64,000 nt of DNA from Tissierellia bacterium. GTDB taxonomy: Bacteria > Bacillota > Clostridia > Tissierellales > Tissierellaceae. Made by a program: the position numbers and the translations under genes. Under the pieces are notes generated by a model. That model saw nothing but the letters and a program-made list of their open reading frames with translations, had not been told where the DNA came from and ran no database searches. This document shows, in pieces, positions 1 to 10,023 of this stretch. Where the stretch lies: assembly GCA_012518035.1 (NCBI GenBank), contig JAAYTL010000001.1, positions 20,374 to 84,373 on the forward strand, in the 5' to 3' direction. Numbering within the stretch: position 1 is the stretch's first letter; each line of letters starts with the position of its first letter.

Positions 1-68
1 TTGGTGAAGGCATAGAGAAAAAACAAGAAGATTTTGCAGAAGAAGTTGCAAAGCAAATGGGACAATAA
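1..68 (+). CDS. tsf: 3' end of elongation factor Ts gene (partial, enters from outside the window)
   Basis: Frame 3 reads GEGIEKKQEDFAEEVAKQMGQ and stops at TAA 66-68, an EF-Ts-like C-terminus. Its position directly upstream of pyrH-frr matches the conserved tsf-pyrH-frr order. Confidence 0.6.
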   Translation, partial: GEGIEKKQEDFAEEVAKQMGQ

Positions 69-71
69 TCT

Positions 72-99
72 AATGGAGAACAAGTACTTGTTCTCCATT
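72..99 (+). terminator. hairpin after tsf (terminator or attenuator)
   Basis: Perfect 28-nt palindrome AATGGAGAACAAGT/ACTTGTTCTCCATT starts 4 nt after the tsf stop. Only a short T run follows. Confidence 0.5.
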
Positions 100-134
100 T
101 CAGTAAGTGGAAATATACATAAGGAGTGAATTAT

Positions 135-848
135 ATGGAACCCATATTTAAAAGAATAGTGCTAAAGCTAAGCGGTGAAGCACTGGCAGGCGATAAGGGT
201 AGTGGTATAGATGGTTATACCATTAAAAAAATATCTAAGGAGATTAAACGAGTTCATGACCTAGGTGTGGAGGTTTCCATAGTAGTAGGCGGAGGAAATT
301 TTTGGAGAGGTGCTAGTGCCAAGGAATTAGACAGAACTACATCAGATCATATAGGTATGTTGGGAACAGTTATGAATGCTTTAGCACTACAAGATGCTTT
401 GGAAAAGATGGGTGTTGTTACAAGGGTACAGTCTGCCATAGATATGAAACAGATTGCTGAACCCTATATTAGGAGGAGGGCCATTAGACACTTGGAAAAA
501 GCAAGGGTGGTTATATTTGCTGCTGGCTCAGGTAACCCTTATTTTTCAACTGACACAGCTGCTGCTCTAAGGGCTGCAGAAATTGAAGCAGATGTAATCT
601 TATTGGCCAAAAAAGGTGTAGATGGTGTATATGATTCAGATCCTAATATAAATAATTCTGCAAAAAAGTTTGAAACTTTAAAATATATTGATATACTTAA
701 TTTAGGACTTGGAATTATGGATTCTACAGCAACTTCTTTATGCATGGACAATCAAATTCCATTGATTGTATTCGGAATTGATGAACCGGAAAATATTTAT
801 AAGGTTATTGTAGGCCAAAAAATAGGTACACATGTAAAGGAGGACTAA
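135..848 (+). CDS. pyrH: UMP kinase
   Basis: Motifs [10 protein letters not shown] and [18 protein letters not shown] lies 8 nt upstream of ATG 135; the ORF-track GTG at 126 overlaps the SD. tsf-pyrH-frr synteny. Confidence 0.95.
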   Translation: MEPIFKRIVLKLSGEALAGDKGSGIDGYTIKKISKEIKRVHDLGVEVSIVVGGGNFWRGASAKELDRTTSDHIGMLGTVMNALALQDALEKMGVVTRVQSAIDMKQIAEPYIRRRAIRHLEKARVVIFAAGSGNPYFSTDTAAALRAAEIEADVILLAKKGVDGVYDSDPNINNSAKKFETLKYIDILNLGLGIMDSTATSLCMDNQIPLIVFGIDEPENIYKVIVGQKIGTHVKED

Positions 849-849
849 G

Positions 850-1407
850 ATGAAGTTACCAATTTTTAAAGACTTGGAAAGCAGAATGAATAAAACTATT
901 TCAGTCTACAAGGAAGATTTACAAGCAATAAGGGCTGGCCGCGCTAATCCACAATTATTGGATAGGATTACAGTTGAATACTATGGCCAAATGACCCCAC
1001 TAAATCAAGTATCAAGTATATCTGCACCAGAACCAAGACTATTAACTATTCAACCATGGGATTCCAGCTTAATACCAGTTATTGAAAAGGAAATACTTAG
1101 GTCGGATTTAGGTATTAATCCTTCAAATGATGGGAAAATAATAAGGCTAGCTATTCCCCAATTAACAGAGGAAAGAAGAATTGAGCTTACTAAACTAGTA
1201 AGGAAGAATGGGGAAAATGCGAAAATTGCAATTAGAAATATTAGAAGAGATGGTATTGATGAAGTTAGGAAAATGGAAAAGAACAAGGAACTAACTGAGG
1301 ATGAAAAGAAGCAGGCTGAAGATGAAATTCAAAAGATAACTGATAAGTTTATTAAGGAAATAGATTCTATCACAGAAAAAAAAGAAGAAGAGTTAATGGA
1401 AATTTAG
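850..1407 (+). CDS. frr: ribosome recycling factor
   Basis: 185 aa containing [16 protein letters not shown] and a K/E-rich C-terminal helix. Sits immediately after pyrH. Confidence 0.95.
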   Translation: MKLPIFKDLESRMNKTISVYKEDLQAIRAGRANPQLLDRITVEYYGQMTPLNQVSSISAPEPRLLTIQPWDSSLIPVIEKEILRSDLGINPSNDGKIIRLAIPQLTEERRIELTKLVRKNGENAKIAIRNIRRDGIDEVRKMEKNKELTEDEKKQAEDEIQKITDKFIKEIDSITEKKEEELMEI

Positions 1408-1412
1408 TGATA

Positions 1413-1440
1413 CCCCTTCTTGATAGAAGGGGTTTATTTC
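1413..1440 (+). terminator. intrinsic terminator/attenuator between frr and uppS
   Basis: CCCCTTCT-TGAT-AGAAGGGG stem-loop followed by TTTATTT. It lies inside the N-terminal extension of the ORF-track uppS call, which argues for the downstream start. Confidence 0.55.
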
Positions 1441-1454
1441 TGGGGGATATGTTT

Positions 1455-2198
1455 ATGGAACAAAACAAAGGGAATTCGCTGTTAAGTCAAATAGATTTAG
1501 AAAACCTACCTAGACATATAGCCATTATTATGGATGGAAATGGTAGATGGGCAAGTAAAAGGTTGCTTCCTAGGAATTTTGGCCATAGGGAGGGTATGAA
1601 AAGGGTTGTAGAGATTGTAGAAGCCGCTACCCAGCTTGGTATTGATTCTTTAACCCTTTATGCCTTTTCCACTGAGAATTGGAAGAGGCCAGAAAAAGAG
1701 ATTGATGGTCTTATGAATCTTTTGGTCATCTATATAAGAAATGAGTTGAATAGGTTGATCAAGAATAATGTCAAGCTTAATATCCTGGGGGATATAAGTC
1801 CTTTACCTAACATAGCCAAGGATGAGGTTAAAAGAGCTCTTGAGGAGACCAAGGATAATACAGGTATGAATCTTAATATTGCCTTAAACTATGGTGGGCG
1901 TCATGAAATTCTTAACAGTATAAAATTGATATTAAAAGATATAGAAGTGGGTAATATTAGTATAGATGACTTAGATGAAGAAATATTTTCTCAATATCTT
2001 TATACCAGGGACCAAGCAGATCCAGATTTGCTAATTAGACCAAGCGGAGAATTGAGAATAAGTAATTTCTTACTATATCAGATAGCCTACACTGAATTCT
2101 GGTTCTCAAACGTCTTATGGCCAGATTTCACAAAGGAAAAATTATATGAGGCTATAATCGATTTTCAAAAAAGAAATCGACGATTTGGAGGAATTTAG
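1455..2198 (+). CDS. uppS: undecaprenyl diphosphate synthase
   Basis: HIAIIMDGNGRWA and RPSGELRISNFLLYQIAYTEF cis-prenyltransferase motifs. SD GGGGGA lies 7 nt before ATG 1455; ATG 1449 is also possible. Confidence 0.92.
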   Translation: MEQNKGNSLLSQIDLENLPRHIAIIMDGNGRWASKRLLPRNFGHREGMKRVVEIVEAATQLGIDSLTLYAFSTENWKRPEKEIDGLMNLLVIYIRNELNRLIKNNVKLNILGDISPLPNIAKDEVKRALEETKDNTGMNLNIALNYGGRHEILNSIKLILKDIEVGNISIDDLDEEIFSQYLYTRDQADPDLLIRPSGELRISNFLLYQIAYTEFWFSNVLWPDFTKEKLYEAIIDFQKRNRRFGGI

Positions 2199-2975
2199 GT
2201 GAAAGATTTAAAAACTAGAACCCTAACAGGGATTTTTGGAATTGCCTTGCTTCTTTTTATTGTATCCAAGGGTAAAATTTACCTATCGGTAGCAATTTCC
2301 CTCCTTTCAATAATAGGTTTGTGGGAATTCTACCAAGCCATGAATAATATTAAAATTAAACCAGTAAAGCTTATTGGTTACCTGGCTGTTATGGGACTTT
2401 TCATTAGTAACCAATACCATGTAATAAATACAGAATTTGTATTATATCTTATAATGATATCCTTACTTATAATGCTACTTATAAATAAGAAAATCAAGGT
2501 TATTGATGTTGCAGCTACCTTATTAGGGATCTTGTATGTTCCTTTTTTTCTATTCTACATCTATAGATTGGATGGTAGTATATACATATGGTTAATATTC
2601 CTAATCTCTTTTGGAACTGACACATTTGCCTATTTTGTCGGTAATGCCTTTGGCAGGAACAAGCTATGTCCAAATATTAGTCCAAACAAGACTCAGGAGG
2701 GTGCCCTGGGTGGAATCCTGGGTAGTCTGGTTGTTACCCTAATATTGGGGTATTTCATCAAAGCTGAAATCTTATGGAAGTTGGCCATATTGGCTATCCT
2801 AGCATCAATCACAGCCCAGATAGGAGACCTAGTAGCCTCAAGGATTAAAAGGCTGGCCAAAATCAAGGATTATGGATTTATATTTCCTGGCCATGGTGGT
2901 GTCTTAGACAGGTTTGATAGTATTATTTTTACTGCTCCGTTAATATATTATTATGTGGAACATATTTTAATTTAA
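2199..2975 (+). CDS. cdsA: phosphatidate cytidylyltransferase
   Basis: Multi-TM protein with the CDS signature SRIKRLAKIKDYGFIFPGHGGVLDRFDS. GTG start abuts the uppS stop. Confidence 0.9.
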   Translation: MKDLKTRTLTGIFGIALLLFIVSKGKIYLSVAISLLSIIGLWEFYQAMNNIKIKPVKLIGYLAVMGLFISNQYHVINTEFVLYLIMISLLIMLLINKKIKVIDVAATLLGILYVPFFLFYIYRLDGSIYIWLIFLISFGTDTFAYFVGNAFGRNKLCPNISPNKTQEGALGGILGSLVVTLILGYFIKAEILWKLAILAILASITAQIGDLVASRIKRLAKIKDYGFIFPGHGGVLDRFDSIIFTAPLIYYYVEHILI

Positions 2976-2982
2976 GCTCTAG

Positions 2983-4011
2983 GTGGTGTTTTTTGTGCAA
3001 ACAGCAATAGCTTCAATTTTTGTTTTTTTACTGGTTATATTATTACATGAGTTAGGACATTTTACAGTTGCAAAACTAGTTGGTATACAGGTAAATGAAT
3101 TTTCCATAGGGATGGGACCTAAACTCTTCCAAAAGAAGAGGGGAGAAACCCAATACACCCTAAGGGCCCTACCCATAGGTGGTTATGTTAGTATGGAAGG
3201 TGAAGATGAAGAGTCTAATAATCCAAGAGCCTTTGGTAATGTACCTGCCCTTTCTAGAATAGGTGTTATAGCTGCTGGCGCAATTATGAACTTTGTCTTA
3301 GCTATCATTGTTCTTTCCATTGTATCCTTTAGCATGGGGGATTTGGATAAGCCGACCAATATTCTTGCTGGCACTGTAGCAGATAGTCCAGCTGAGCATC
3401 TGGGTATCCTAGAAGGGGATGAAATTATTGCAATTAATAATATCCCTACTGAAACCTGGGATGAAATAGCTGATACCATTAGCAGGTCAGACCCCAACCA
3501 GGAGCTGGAGATAAGGCTAATTAGGGATGGAAAAGAGGAGATCTTTTCTATAATGCCATATGTGGAAGATGGTAGGGTTATGATTGGTATCATTCCCAGC
3601 TATGAGAAGTCTCTTGGGGCGGGTATCAAGGGTGGCTTTCAAATGACAGGTAACTTTATTGTTCTAATGTTTGATTTTATCAAGATGATCTTTACTGGCC
3701 AAGTATCCCTAGACCATTTGGCTGGTCCTGTTGGTGTAATAAGTGAAATAGGTCATGCTGCCCAAATGGGTCTTATGAACTTGTTGGTTCTATTAGGATT
3801 TATCAGCGTTAATTTGGGATTTTTTAATCTCCTACCCATACCAGCCCTGGATGGTAGTAGACTTGTATTTTTATTTATAGAGTTGATTAGAGGCAAGCCA
3901 ATCGATTCTAAGAAGGAGAACCTTATCCATTTTGTTGGTCTAGTTTTCCTTTTAGGCCTAATGTTGATAATAACTTATAGGGACTTAATTAGAATTGATG
4001 TATTTGGATAG
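2983..4011 (+). CDS. rseP: RIP (site-2) zinc metalloprotease RseP/RasP
   Basis: HELGHF zinc motif, a central PDZ-like segment, and NLLPIPALDGS in a C-terminal TM. uppS-cdsA-rseP synteny. Confidence 0.9.
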   Translation: MVFFVQTAIASIFVFLLVILLHELGHFTVAKLVGIQVNEFSIGMGPKLFQKKRGETQYTLRALPIGGYVSMEGEDEESNNPRAFGNVPALSRIGVIAAGAIMNFVLAIIVLSIVSFSMGDLDKPTNILAGTVADSPAEHLGILEGDEIIAINNIPTETWDEIADTISRSDPNQELEIRLIRDGKEEIFSIMPYVEDGRVMIGIIPSYEKSLGAGIKGGFQMTGNFIVLMFDFIKMIFTGQVSLDHLAGPVGVISEIGHAAQMGLMNLLVLLGFISVNLGFFNLLPIPALDGSRLVFLFIELIRGKPIDSKKENLIHFVGLVFLLGLMLIITYRDLIRIDVFG

Positions 4012-4078
4012 GGGACTTGTATAGGTCCCTTAAATTTTGAGAATGAAGTATATAGTTAGATGATAAAAGGTGGTTACG

Positions 4079-5128
4079 ATGAAAAGAAGAAATACTAGGG
4101 TCATTAAGGTTGGTGATAGGCTGATTGGAGGGAATAATCCCATCACAGTCCAATCTATGACCAATACTCTTACAAAGGATATAGATAGCACTGTTAAACA
4201 GATAAAGAGCCTTGAGGATGCAGGCTGTGATATAATAAGGCTTGCTATTTCAGACTTGGATGACGCAAAGGCAATAAGTGAGATTAAAAGAAGTATCAAG
4301 ATACCAATGATTGCTGATATCCAATATGATTATAGGTTAGCCCTAGAATCCATAAAATATGGGATAGATGGTTTGAGGATTAACCCTGGCAATATAGGAA
4401 GCCTGGATAAGGTTAAGGAGATTGTCAAGGCCTGTAAGGAAAGAGACATTTCCATCAGGATAGGGGTAAATTCAGGCTCAATTAAGAAGGAATTCTTAGA
4501 AAAATTCAATGGGGTAAATGAGGATTCTATGGTCCATAGTGCCCTTGAGCAAATAAGATTGCTTGAGGATCTTGACTTTCATGACATAAAAATATCCCTT
4601 AAGGCCAGTAATGTTCCCTTAACTATTAAGGCCTACGATAAGATGAGTCAGGTTTGTGATTATCCCCTACACCTGGGAATTACAGAGGCTGGTCCCGGTA
4701 TGAAGGGTACAGTAAAATCCTCTGTAGGGATGGGGATACTCTTATCCATGGGTATAGGTGATACAATCCGAATCTCCTTAACAGGAGACCCTGTTGATGA
4801 AGTTAGGGTAGGCAGAGAGATATTAAAATCCCTCCATCTGCTCAAGGAGGGTGTTGAATTGATCTCCTGTCCAACCTGCGGTAGGACTAGGATTGATTTA
4901 ATAGATATAGTTAAGGAAGCTGAAAAGCGGCTAGAAGGCATTAAGAAACATATAACTGTTGCTATTATGGGCTGCCCAGTGAATGGTCCAGGAGAAGCAA
5001 GAGAGGCTGATATAGGCATTGCTGGAGGTAATGGTGAAGGCTTGATTTTTATCAAGGGGAAAATTGTAAAGAAGGTTAAGGAAGAAGATCTACTTGATGA
5101 GTTAATAAGGGAGATTGAAAAACTCTAA
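4079..5128 (+). CDS. ispG: 4-hydroxy-3-methylbut-2-en-1-yl diphosphate synthase
   Basis: CPTCGRT and GCPVNGPGEA Fe-S cysteine motifs. SD AAGGTGG precedes ATG 4079. Confidence 0.93.
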   Translation: MKRRNTRVIKVGDRLIGGNNPITVQSMTNTLTKDIDSTVKQIKSLEDAGCDIIRLAISDLDDAKAISEIKRSIKIPMIADIQYDYRLALESIKYGIDGLRINPGNIGSLDKVKEIVKACKERDISIRIGVNSGSIKKEFLEKFNGVNEDSMVHSALEQIRLLEDLDFHDIKISLKASNVPLTIKAYDKMSQVCDYPLHLGITEAGPGMKGTVKSSVGMGILLSMGIGDTIRISLTGDPVDEVRVGREILKSLHLLKEGVELISCPTCGRTRIDLIDIVKEAEKRLEGIKKHITVAIMGCPVNGPGEAREADIGIAGGNGEGLIFIKGKIVKKVKEEDLLDELIREIEKL

Positions 5129-5163
5129 GATGATATCCCATAAAAGAGGGGGCATAGGTTGAA

Positions 5164-8100
5164 TTGAACTATGTATATCTAAATAAATTAATCAGGGATG
5201 AAGAATATAATTATTTAAAAGACTATAATCTATTGCTATATAAGGTAGAAATCTTTAAATCTACCATGGAGATGAAGTTATTCATCCAGGCTAAGGAGAT
5301 TCTTGGTAAGGAGTCCATAAAAGATATAGAAGAAATAATTAAGAAGAGCTTCCCAGATTTTAAGATTGATATAAATATTAAATATAAGATTGATACTAAT
5401 TCCCAGAAGGACATGGAAATTTATATAGATAGGATAAGGAACTATATTTTGGATAAGATACCCTCAAGTTCATCTTGGATTGAGGGTATAAAATTTGAAC
5501 TAGATGAAAATACCCTTAAGCTTTTAATTCCTAATGACATTGCCCTCCACTCCATGGATAGGAATGGTTTTATGGATGACTTAAGGAGCATGGTTCTCTC
5601 AGAGGTAGGTTTAAAACTATTTCTATCTTCCAGGGAGATAAACCCCATAGAGGCGGAAAGCTTTTTAGAGGAGAAATACCAGGAAGAAAAATCAATTTCA
5701 CAGGATGTTTTACTTAACTCTAACTATGAAGCTAAAAAATCTAATGGAAGGGCTAAGTCATCTAAGGATTATATTTTTGGTAAAGCAATTAAGTCAGAGC
5801 TTATCAAGATAAATACCGTAGATTTACAGACAGGAACTGCTGCTGTTAAGGGTGAAATATTTCAACTGGATACCAGGGATATTAAGGGAAATAGAACCCT
5901 AATTAGCTTTTATATTTCTGATTGGACTGATTCCATACTAGCCAAGGCCTTCCTGGCCAAGGATAAGGCTGAAGAATTATTAGCTAATATCAAATCTGGA
6001 GATTATGTAATCTTAGAAGGGGATGTTGTATATGATAGTTATTCTAAGACAGTAGCTATTATGCTTAAATCCCTTCAAAAGGTTGAGAAAGAAGAGCGTA
6101 AGGACCAAGCAGATGAAAAAAGGATAGAACTCCATCTCCATACTCAAATGAGCTCCATGGATGGGGTTACCAATGTGAAGAAACTAATTGAAAGGGCTCA
6201 TTCTTGGGGGCACCCTGCGGTGGCAATTACAGACCATGGAGTAGTACAAGCCTTTCCAGATGCTATGGAGATATCTGAAAGGTTGGGAATGAAAATCATT
6301 TACGGCCTGGAGGGCTACTTGGTAAACGACAAAAAGCAGATAATCACTGCCTATAATCCAGATAGGGATTATGATGAATTTGTTATATTTGATATAGAAA
6401 CCACAGGCTTATCAGCTATTAATGATGCTATAACCGAGATTGGAGCAGTGAAGGTTAAGGATGGTGAAGTTATAGATAGTTTTAGCCAACTAGTTAATCC
6501 AGGAAGGGAAATTCCTGAATTTATAACCAACTTAACTGGCATTACAAATGAAATGGTAAAGGATGCACCAACTATTGATGAGGTTATAGTTGACTTCAAC
6601 GAATTTATCCAAGGGAGTGTTGTGGTGGCCCATAATGCTAGTTTTGATGTGGGTTTCATTAGGGAGAACCTTAAGAAGGTTGGCTTAGGTTTATATAATC
6701 CAGTATTGGATACCTTGGAATTGGCTAGGGCCGTATTCCCAGATCTAAAGAACCACAAACTAAATACTCTTGCTGAACATCTAGAAGTTGTATTAGAAAA
6801 CCATCATAGGGCACTAGATGATGCAAATGCTACTAAGGATATCTTTTTAAAAACTATGGAGCTACTTAAAGCAAGGGGAATAACAAGTTTTGATGATATA
6901 AATAGATTAAACTCGAACAAGGATGCCACTAGGGATGAGGTATTCCATGTCACCATATTAGTGAAGAACCAAGTTGGCTTAAAGAATCTCTATAAGATAG
7001 TTTCTGAATCCCATATTAATTATTTCTATCGGAGGCCTAGAATCCCTAAATCCCTATTGGAAGCAAACAGGGAAGGCCTTTTGATTGGTAGTGCCTGTGA
7101 AGCTGGTGAATTATATAAGGCTATTCTCAAGGGGAGGTCCTATAACGAGATTAGAAGCATTGTACGATTCTATGACTACTTAGAGATCCAACCCCTTGAC
7201 AATAATATGCACTTGGTTCGAAATGGCAGTGTTAGGGATAGAAATCAATTGGAGGAAATCAATAGGAATATCTATAATTTGGGTAAGAAGTACAATAAGC
7301 TTGTAGTTGCTACTGGTGATGTTCACTTCTTAGACCCAGAAGACGAGATCTATCGTAGAATCTTGATGAGTGGTCAAGGCTTCCAGGATGCGGATACACA
7401 GCCTCCCCTTTACTTAAGGACTACGGAGGAGATGCTAGAGGAGTTTTCTTACTTGGGTCAAGAAATAGCCAAGGAAGTTGTTATATTAAATCCAAATCTT
7501 GTGAATAATATAATTGAAGATGTTAGGCCAATTCCAAAAGGAACCTATCCCCCTATAATCGAGGGCTCAGAAGATGAATTGAGAAAAATAACTTATGAAA
7601 GAGCTCATGAATTATATGGAGATCCCCTACCTGAAATTGTACAAAAGCGTCTAGAAAGGGAACTAACATCTATAATCAGTAATGGGTATGCAGTCATGTA
7701 TATAATCGCTCAGAAGCTGGTTTGGAAGTCCCTAGAGGATGGTTATTTGGTAGGCTCCAGGGGTTCAGTAGGTTCATCCTTTGCTGCTACCATGGCTGGT
7801 ATAACTGAGGTCAACCCCCTTAAACCCCACTATCTTTGTCCTAAGTGTAAAAACAGTGAGTTCTTTGAAGACGGTTCAATTGCATCAGGTTCAGATTTAC
7901 CAGACAAACTTTGTCCAGTATGCAATACTGAGTATGTCAAGGATGGCCATGATATCCCCTTTGAAGTTTTTTTAGGCTTTGAAGGAGACAAGGAACCAGA
8001 TATAGATTTGAACTTTGCAGGTGAATATCAGGCTAAGGCCCATAAATATACTGAGGAATTGTTTGGTGAAGAATATGTATATAGGGCAGGGACAATAGGA

Positions 8101-9417
8101 ACCATAAAGGACAAAACCGCCTATGGTTTTGTTAAAAAGTATTTTGAAGAGAAGGGGATTGATGTCAGCCCTGCTGAAATAAATAGGCTTGTTCTGGGTT
8201 GTACAGGAATCAAGAGGACCACTGGTCAACATCCTGGTGGGGTTATGATTGTACCAGACAATAAGGAAATCTATGATTTTTCTCCTATTCAATACCCTGC
8301 TAATGATAAAAATTCAGGAGTTATTACAACTCATTTTGATTATGATGCCATCAGTGGCACCATCTTGAAATTGGATATCTTAGGACATGATGTACCTTCA
8401 ATTATTAAAATGTTAGAGGATATTACAGGTATTGACCCCACATCTATACCCTTAGATGATAAGGAGACCATGAAGTTATTCTCTAGTCCTGAGCCCCTCG
8501 GGGTAAGTGAAGCTGACATCAATTGTAAGGTAGGCACCTTGGGTATACCAGAATTTGGGACTAAATTTGTTAGGCAAATGTTAGTAGAGACTAAGCCTCA
8601 AGCTTTTTCAGACCTGGTAAGGATAAGTGGTTTATCCCATGGGACTGACGTCTGGATTAATAATGCCCAGGATCTTATCAGGAATAAGGAGGCAACCATT
8701 TCCGAAGTTATTTCTACCAGGGAAGATATTATGCTCTATCTTATAAATGCAGGCTTGGACAATAGAAAGTCCTTCTTTATAATGGAGAAGGTTAGAAAGG
8801 GCAAGGGTCTATCTGAGGAAGACGAAAGAGAAATGAGTGCCTTGGATTTGCCCGCTTGGTATATAGACTCCTGTAATAAGATCAAGTACATGTTCCCTAA
8901 GGCCCATGCTGTTGCCTATGTTATGATGTCCTTTAGGATTGCATATTTTAAGGTGTATTACCCTCAAGCCTTTTATGCCACTTATTTTACTAGTAAGGCT
9001 GCTGATTTCGATGCCCAACTGATCCTAGAAGGTAAGGATAGGGTTAATGAAAAGATTGATGAAATAGAATCCTTAGGCAATGATGCTAGTCCTAAGGAAA
9101 GGAATTTGCTTAATGTTTTAGAGGTTGCTAGGGAAATGTATATGAGGGGATTCAAATTCCAAAACATAGACTTATACAAATCCCATAGCGATAAGTTCTT
9201 AATTGGTGAAGATGGAATATTACCACCCTTAAAAGGCTTAGATGGTGTTGGAGAAAATGCAGCTAGAAAGATTGCTGAAGAAAGGTCTAAGGGTAGGTTT
9301 ATCTCTATTGAGGATTTGGTTATGAGGACCAAGGTTACCAAAACTGTAGTAGAAGCTCTACTAAATCATGGTTGTCTCGATGGATTACCTGAAAGTAACC
9401 AATTAAGCCTGTTTTAG
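5164..9417 (+). CDS. polC: DNA polymerase III PolC-type alpha subunit
   Basis: 1417 aa with PHP motif HLHTQMSSMDG, inserted 3'-5' exonuclease FVIFDIETTGL...HNASFD...HRALDDA, and a Zn-finger CPKC...CPVC. TTG start with SD AGAGGGGG upstream. Confidence 0.96.
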   Translation: MNYVYLNKLIRDEEYNYLKDYNLLLYKVEIFKSTMEMKLFIQAKEILGKESIKDIEEIIKKSFPDFKIDINIKYKIDTNSQKDMEIYIDRIRNYILDKIPSSSSWIEGIKFELDENTLKLLIPNDIALHSMDRNGFMDDLRSMVLSEVGLKLFLSSREINPIEAESFLEEKYQEEKSISQDVLLNSNYEAKKSNGRAKSSKDYIFGKAIKSELIKINTVDLQTGTAAVKGEIFQLDTRDIKGNRTLISFYISDWTDSILAKAFLAKDKAEELLANIKSGDYVILEGDVVYDSYSKTVAIMLKSLQKVEKEERKDQADEKRIELHLHTQMSSMDGVTNVKKLIERAHSWGHPAVAITDHGVVQAFPDAMEISERLGMKIIYGLEGYLVNDKKQIITAYNPDRDYDEFVIFDIETTGLSAINDAITEIGAVKVKDGEVIDSFSQLVNPGREIPEFITNLTGITNEMVKDAPTIDEVIVDFNEFIQGSVVVAHNASFDVGFIRENLKKVGLGLYNPVLDTLELARAVFPDLKNHKLNTLAEHLEVVLENHHRALDDANATKDIFLKTMELLKARGITSFDDINRLNSNKDATRDEVFHVTILVKNQVGLKNLYKIVSESHINYFYRRPRIPKSLLEANREGLLIGSACEAGELYKAILKGRSYNEIRSIVRFYDYLEIQPLDNNMHLVRNGSVRDRNQLEEINRNIYNLGKKYNKLVVATGDVHFLDPEDEIYRRILMSGQGFQDADTQPPLYLRTTEEMLEEFSYLGQEIAKEVVILNPNLVNNIIEDVRPIPKGTYPPIIEGSEDELRKITYERAHELYGDPLPEIVQKRLERELTSIISNGYAVMYIIAQKLVWKSLEDGYLVGSRGSVGSSFAATMAGITEVNPLKPHYLCPKCKNSEFFEDGSIASGSDLPDKLCPVCNTEYVKDGHDIPFEVFLGFEGDKEPDIDLNFAGEYQAKAHKYTEELFGEEYVYRAGTIGTIKDKTAYGFVKKYFEEKGIDVSPAEINRLVLGCTGIKRTTGQHPGGVMIVPDNKEIYDFSPIQYPANDKNSGVITTHFDYDAISGTILKLDILGHDVPSIIKMLEDITGIDPTSIPLDDKETMKLFSSPEPLGVSEADINCKVGTLGIPEFGTKFVRQMLVETKPQAFSDLVRISGLSHGTDVWINNAQDLIRNKEATISEVISTREDIMLYLINAGLDNRKSFFIMEKVRKGKGLSEEDEREMSALDLPAWYIDSCNKIKYMFPKAHAVAYVMMSFRIAYFKVYYPQAFYATYFTSKAADFDAQLILEGKDRVNEKIDEIESLGNDASPKERNLLNVLEVAREMYMRGFKFQNIDLYKSHSDKFLIGEDGILPPLKGLDGVGENAARKIAEERSKGRFISIEDLVMRTKVTKTVVEALLNHGCLDGLPESNQLSLF

Positions 9418-9420
9418 TGT

Positions 9421-9449
9421 TTGATTTTATTTTTGTCAGGTGATATAAT
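9421..9449 (+). promoter_or_regulatory. sigma-A type promoter of the rimP-nusA-infB operon
   Basis: TTGATT (9421-9426), 17-nt spacer, TATAAT (9444-9449). Confidence 0.55.
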
Positions 9450-9478
9450 AAAGACGACAATAATAAGGTTATTTGCAA

Positions 9479-9500
9479 AAGAGTGGGGTTTCCCACTCTT
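9479..9500 (+). promoter_or_regulatory. leader hairpin, possible attenuator, upstream of rimP
   Basis: AAGAGTGGG-GTTT-CCCACTCTT, a 9-bp GC-rich stem, followed by GATTTAT. It lies between the promoter and the rimP SD. Confidence 0.4.
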
Positions 9501-9527
9501 GATTTATGTATCTATGGAGGTAGTATT

Positions 9528-10007
9528 ATGAGTACTCAAAGAACCAACAGAAGGGAAATGTTTAAACTAGTAGGGGAAGTGTGTGAAAGTCTTGCAGAAG
9601 AGTTAGGGTTTGAGCTGGTAGACATAGAGTATGTTAAAGAGTTTGGTAGTTATTTTTTAAGAGTCTTTATAGATAAACCTGGTGGTGTTACCAGTGACGA
9701 TTGCGAAGAGATGAGTGTTAGGTTGAGTCCTATATTAGATGAAAAGGACCCCATTAAGGAGCCCTACTATCTAGAAGTTTCATCTCCAGGCCTGGATAGG
9801 CCCCTAAAGACAGATAAGGATCTGAAACGTAACCTAAACAAGGAAGTAGAGATTAAACTTTACAAGGCCCTTAATAAGGTGAAGAACTATCAAGGAAGGC
9901 TGGTAGAATTTAATGATGATACCATCATAATTGAGGATGGATCAGGTGAAGTTATTTCATTGCCAAGGGATCTAATCTCACTTGTCCGGTTGGTAATCAA
10001 ATTTTAA
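9528..10007 (+). CDS. rimP: ribosome maturation factor RimP
   Basis: YYLEVSSPGLDRPL motif. SD GGAGG lies 7 nt before ATG 9528; the ORF-track start at 9483 overlaps the leader hairpin. Confidence 0.9.
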   Translation: MSTQRTNRREMFKLVGEVCESLAEELGFELVDIEYVKEFGSYFLRVFIDKPGGVTSDDCEEMSVRLSPILDEKDPIKEPYYLEVSSPGLDRPLKTDKDLKRNLNKEVEIKLYKALNKVKNYQGRLVEFNDDTIIIEDGSGEVISLPRDLISLVRLVIKF

Positions 10008-10023
10008 GGAGGTAATTTATTAA

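Noticed and set aside
72-99. GAACAAGTACTTGTTC after tsf looks like a LexA box.
   Set aside because: The spacing is GAAC-N8-GTTC, not N4. It is the core of a 28-nt perfect hairpin directly after a stop codon, so it is a terminator or attenuator.
1407-1454. N-terminal extensions in the ORF track: uppS 1407, pyrH 126, rimP 9483, ymxH-like 20622, tepA-like 20935, nrnA 13898, ATPase 27962, yneA-like 35318, punA 61097, flavoprotein 53409, M42 46411.
   Set aside because: The extensions run through terminator hairpins, LexA boxes or upstream genes. Internal ATGs have well-spaced SD sequences and give N-termini typical of the families.
2975-2983. Absence of dxr between cdsA and rseP, and of the L7Ae-like ylxQ between ylxR and infB (11504-11520), as possible deletions.
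   Set aside because: The gene junctions are tight and clean, with no remnants or frameshifts. Such operon content varies among Firmicutes. ispG and ispH are present, so dxr is presumably encoded elsewhere.
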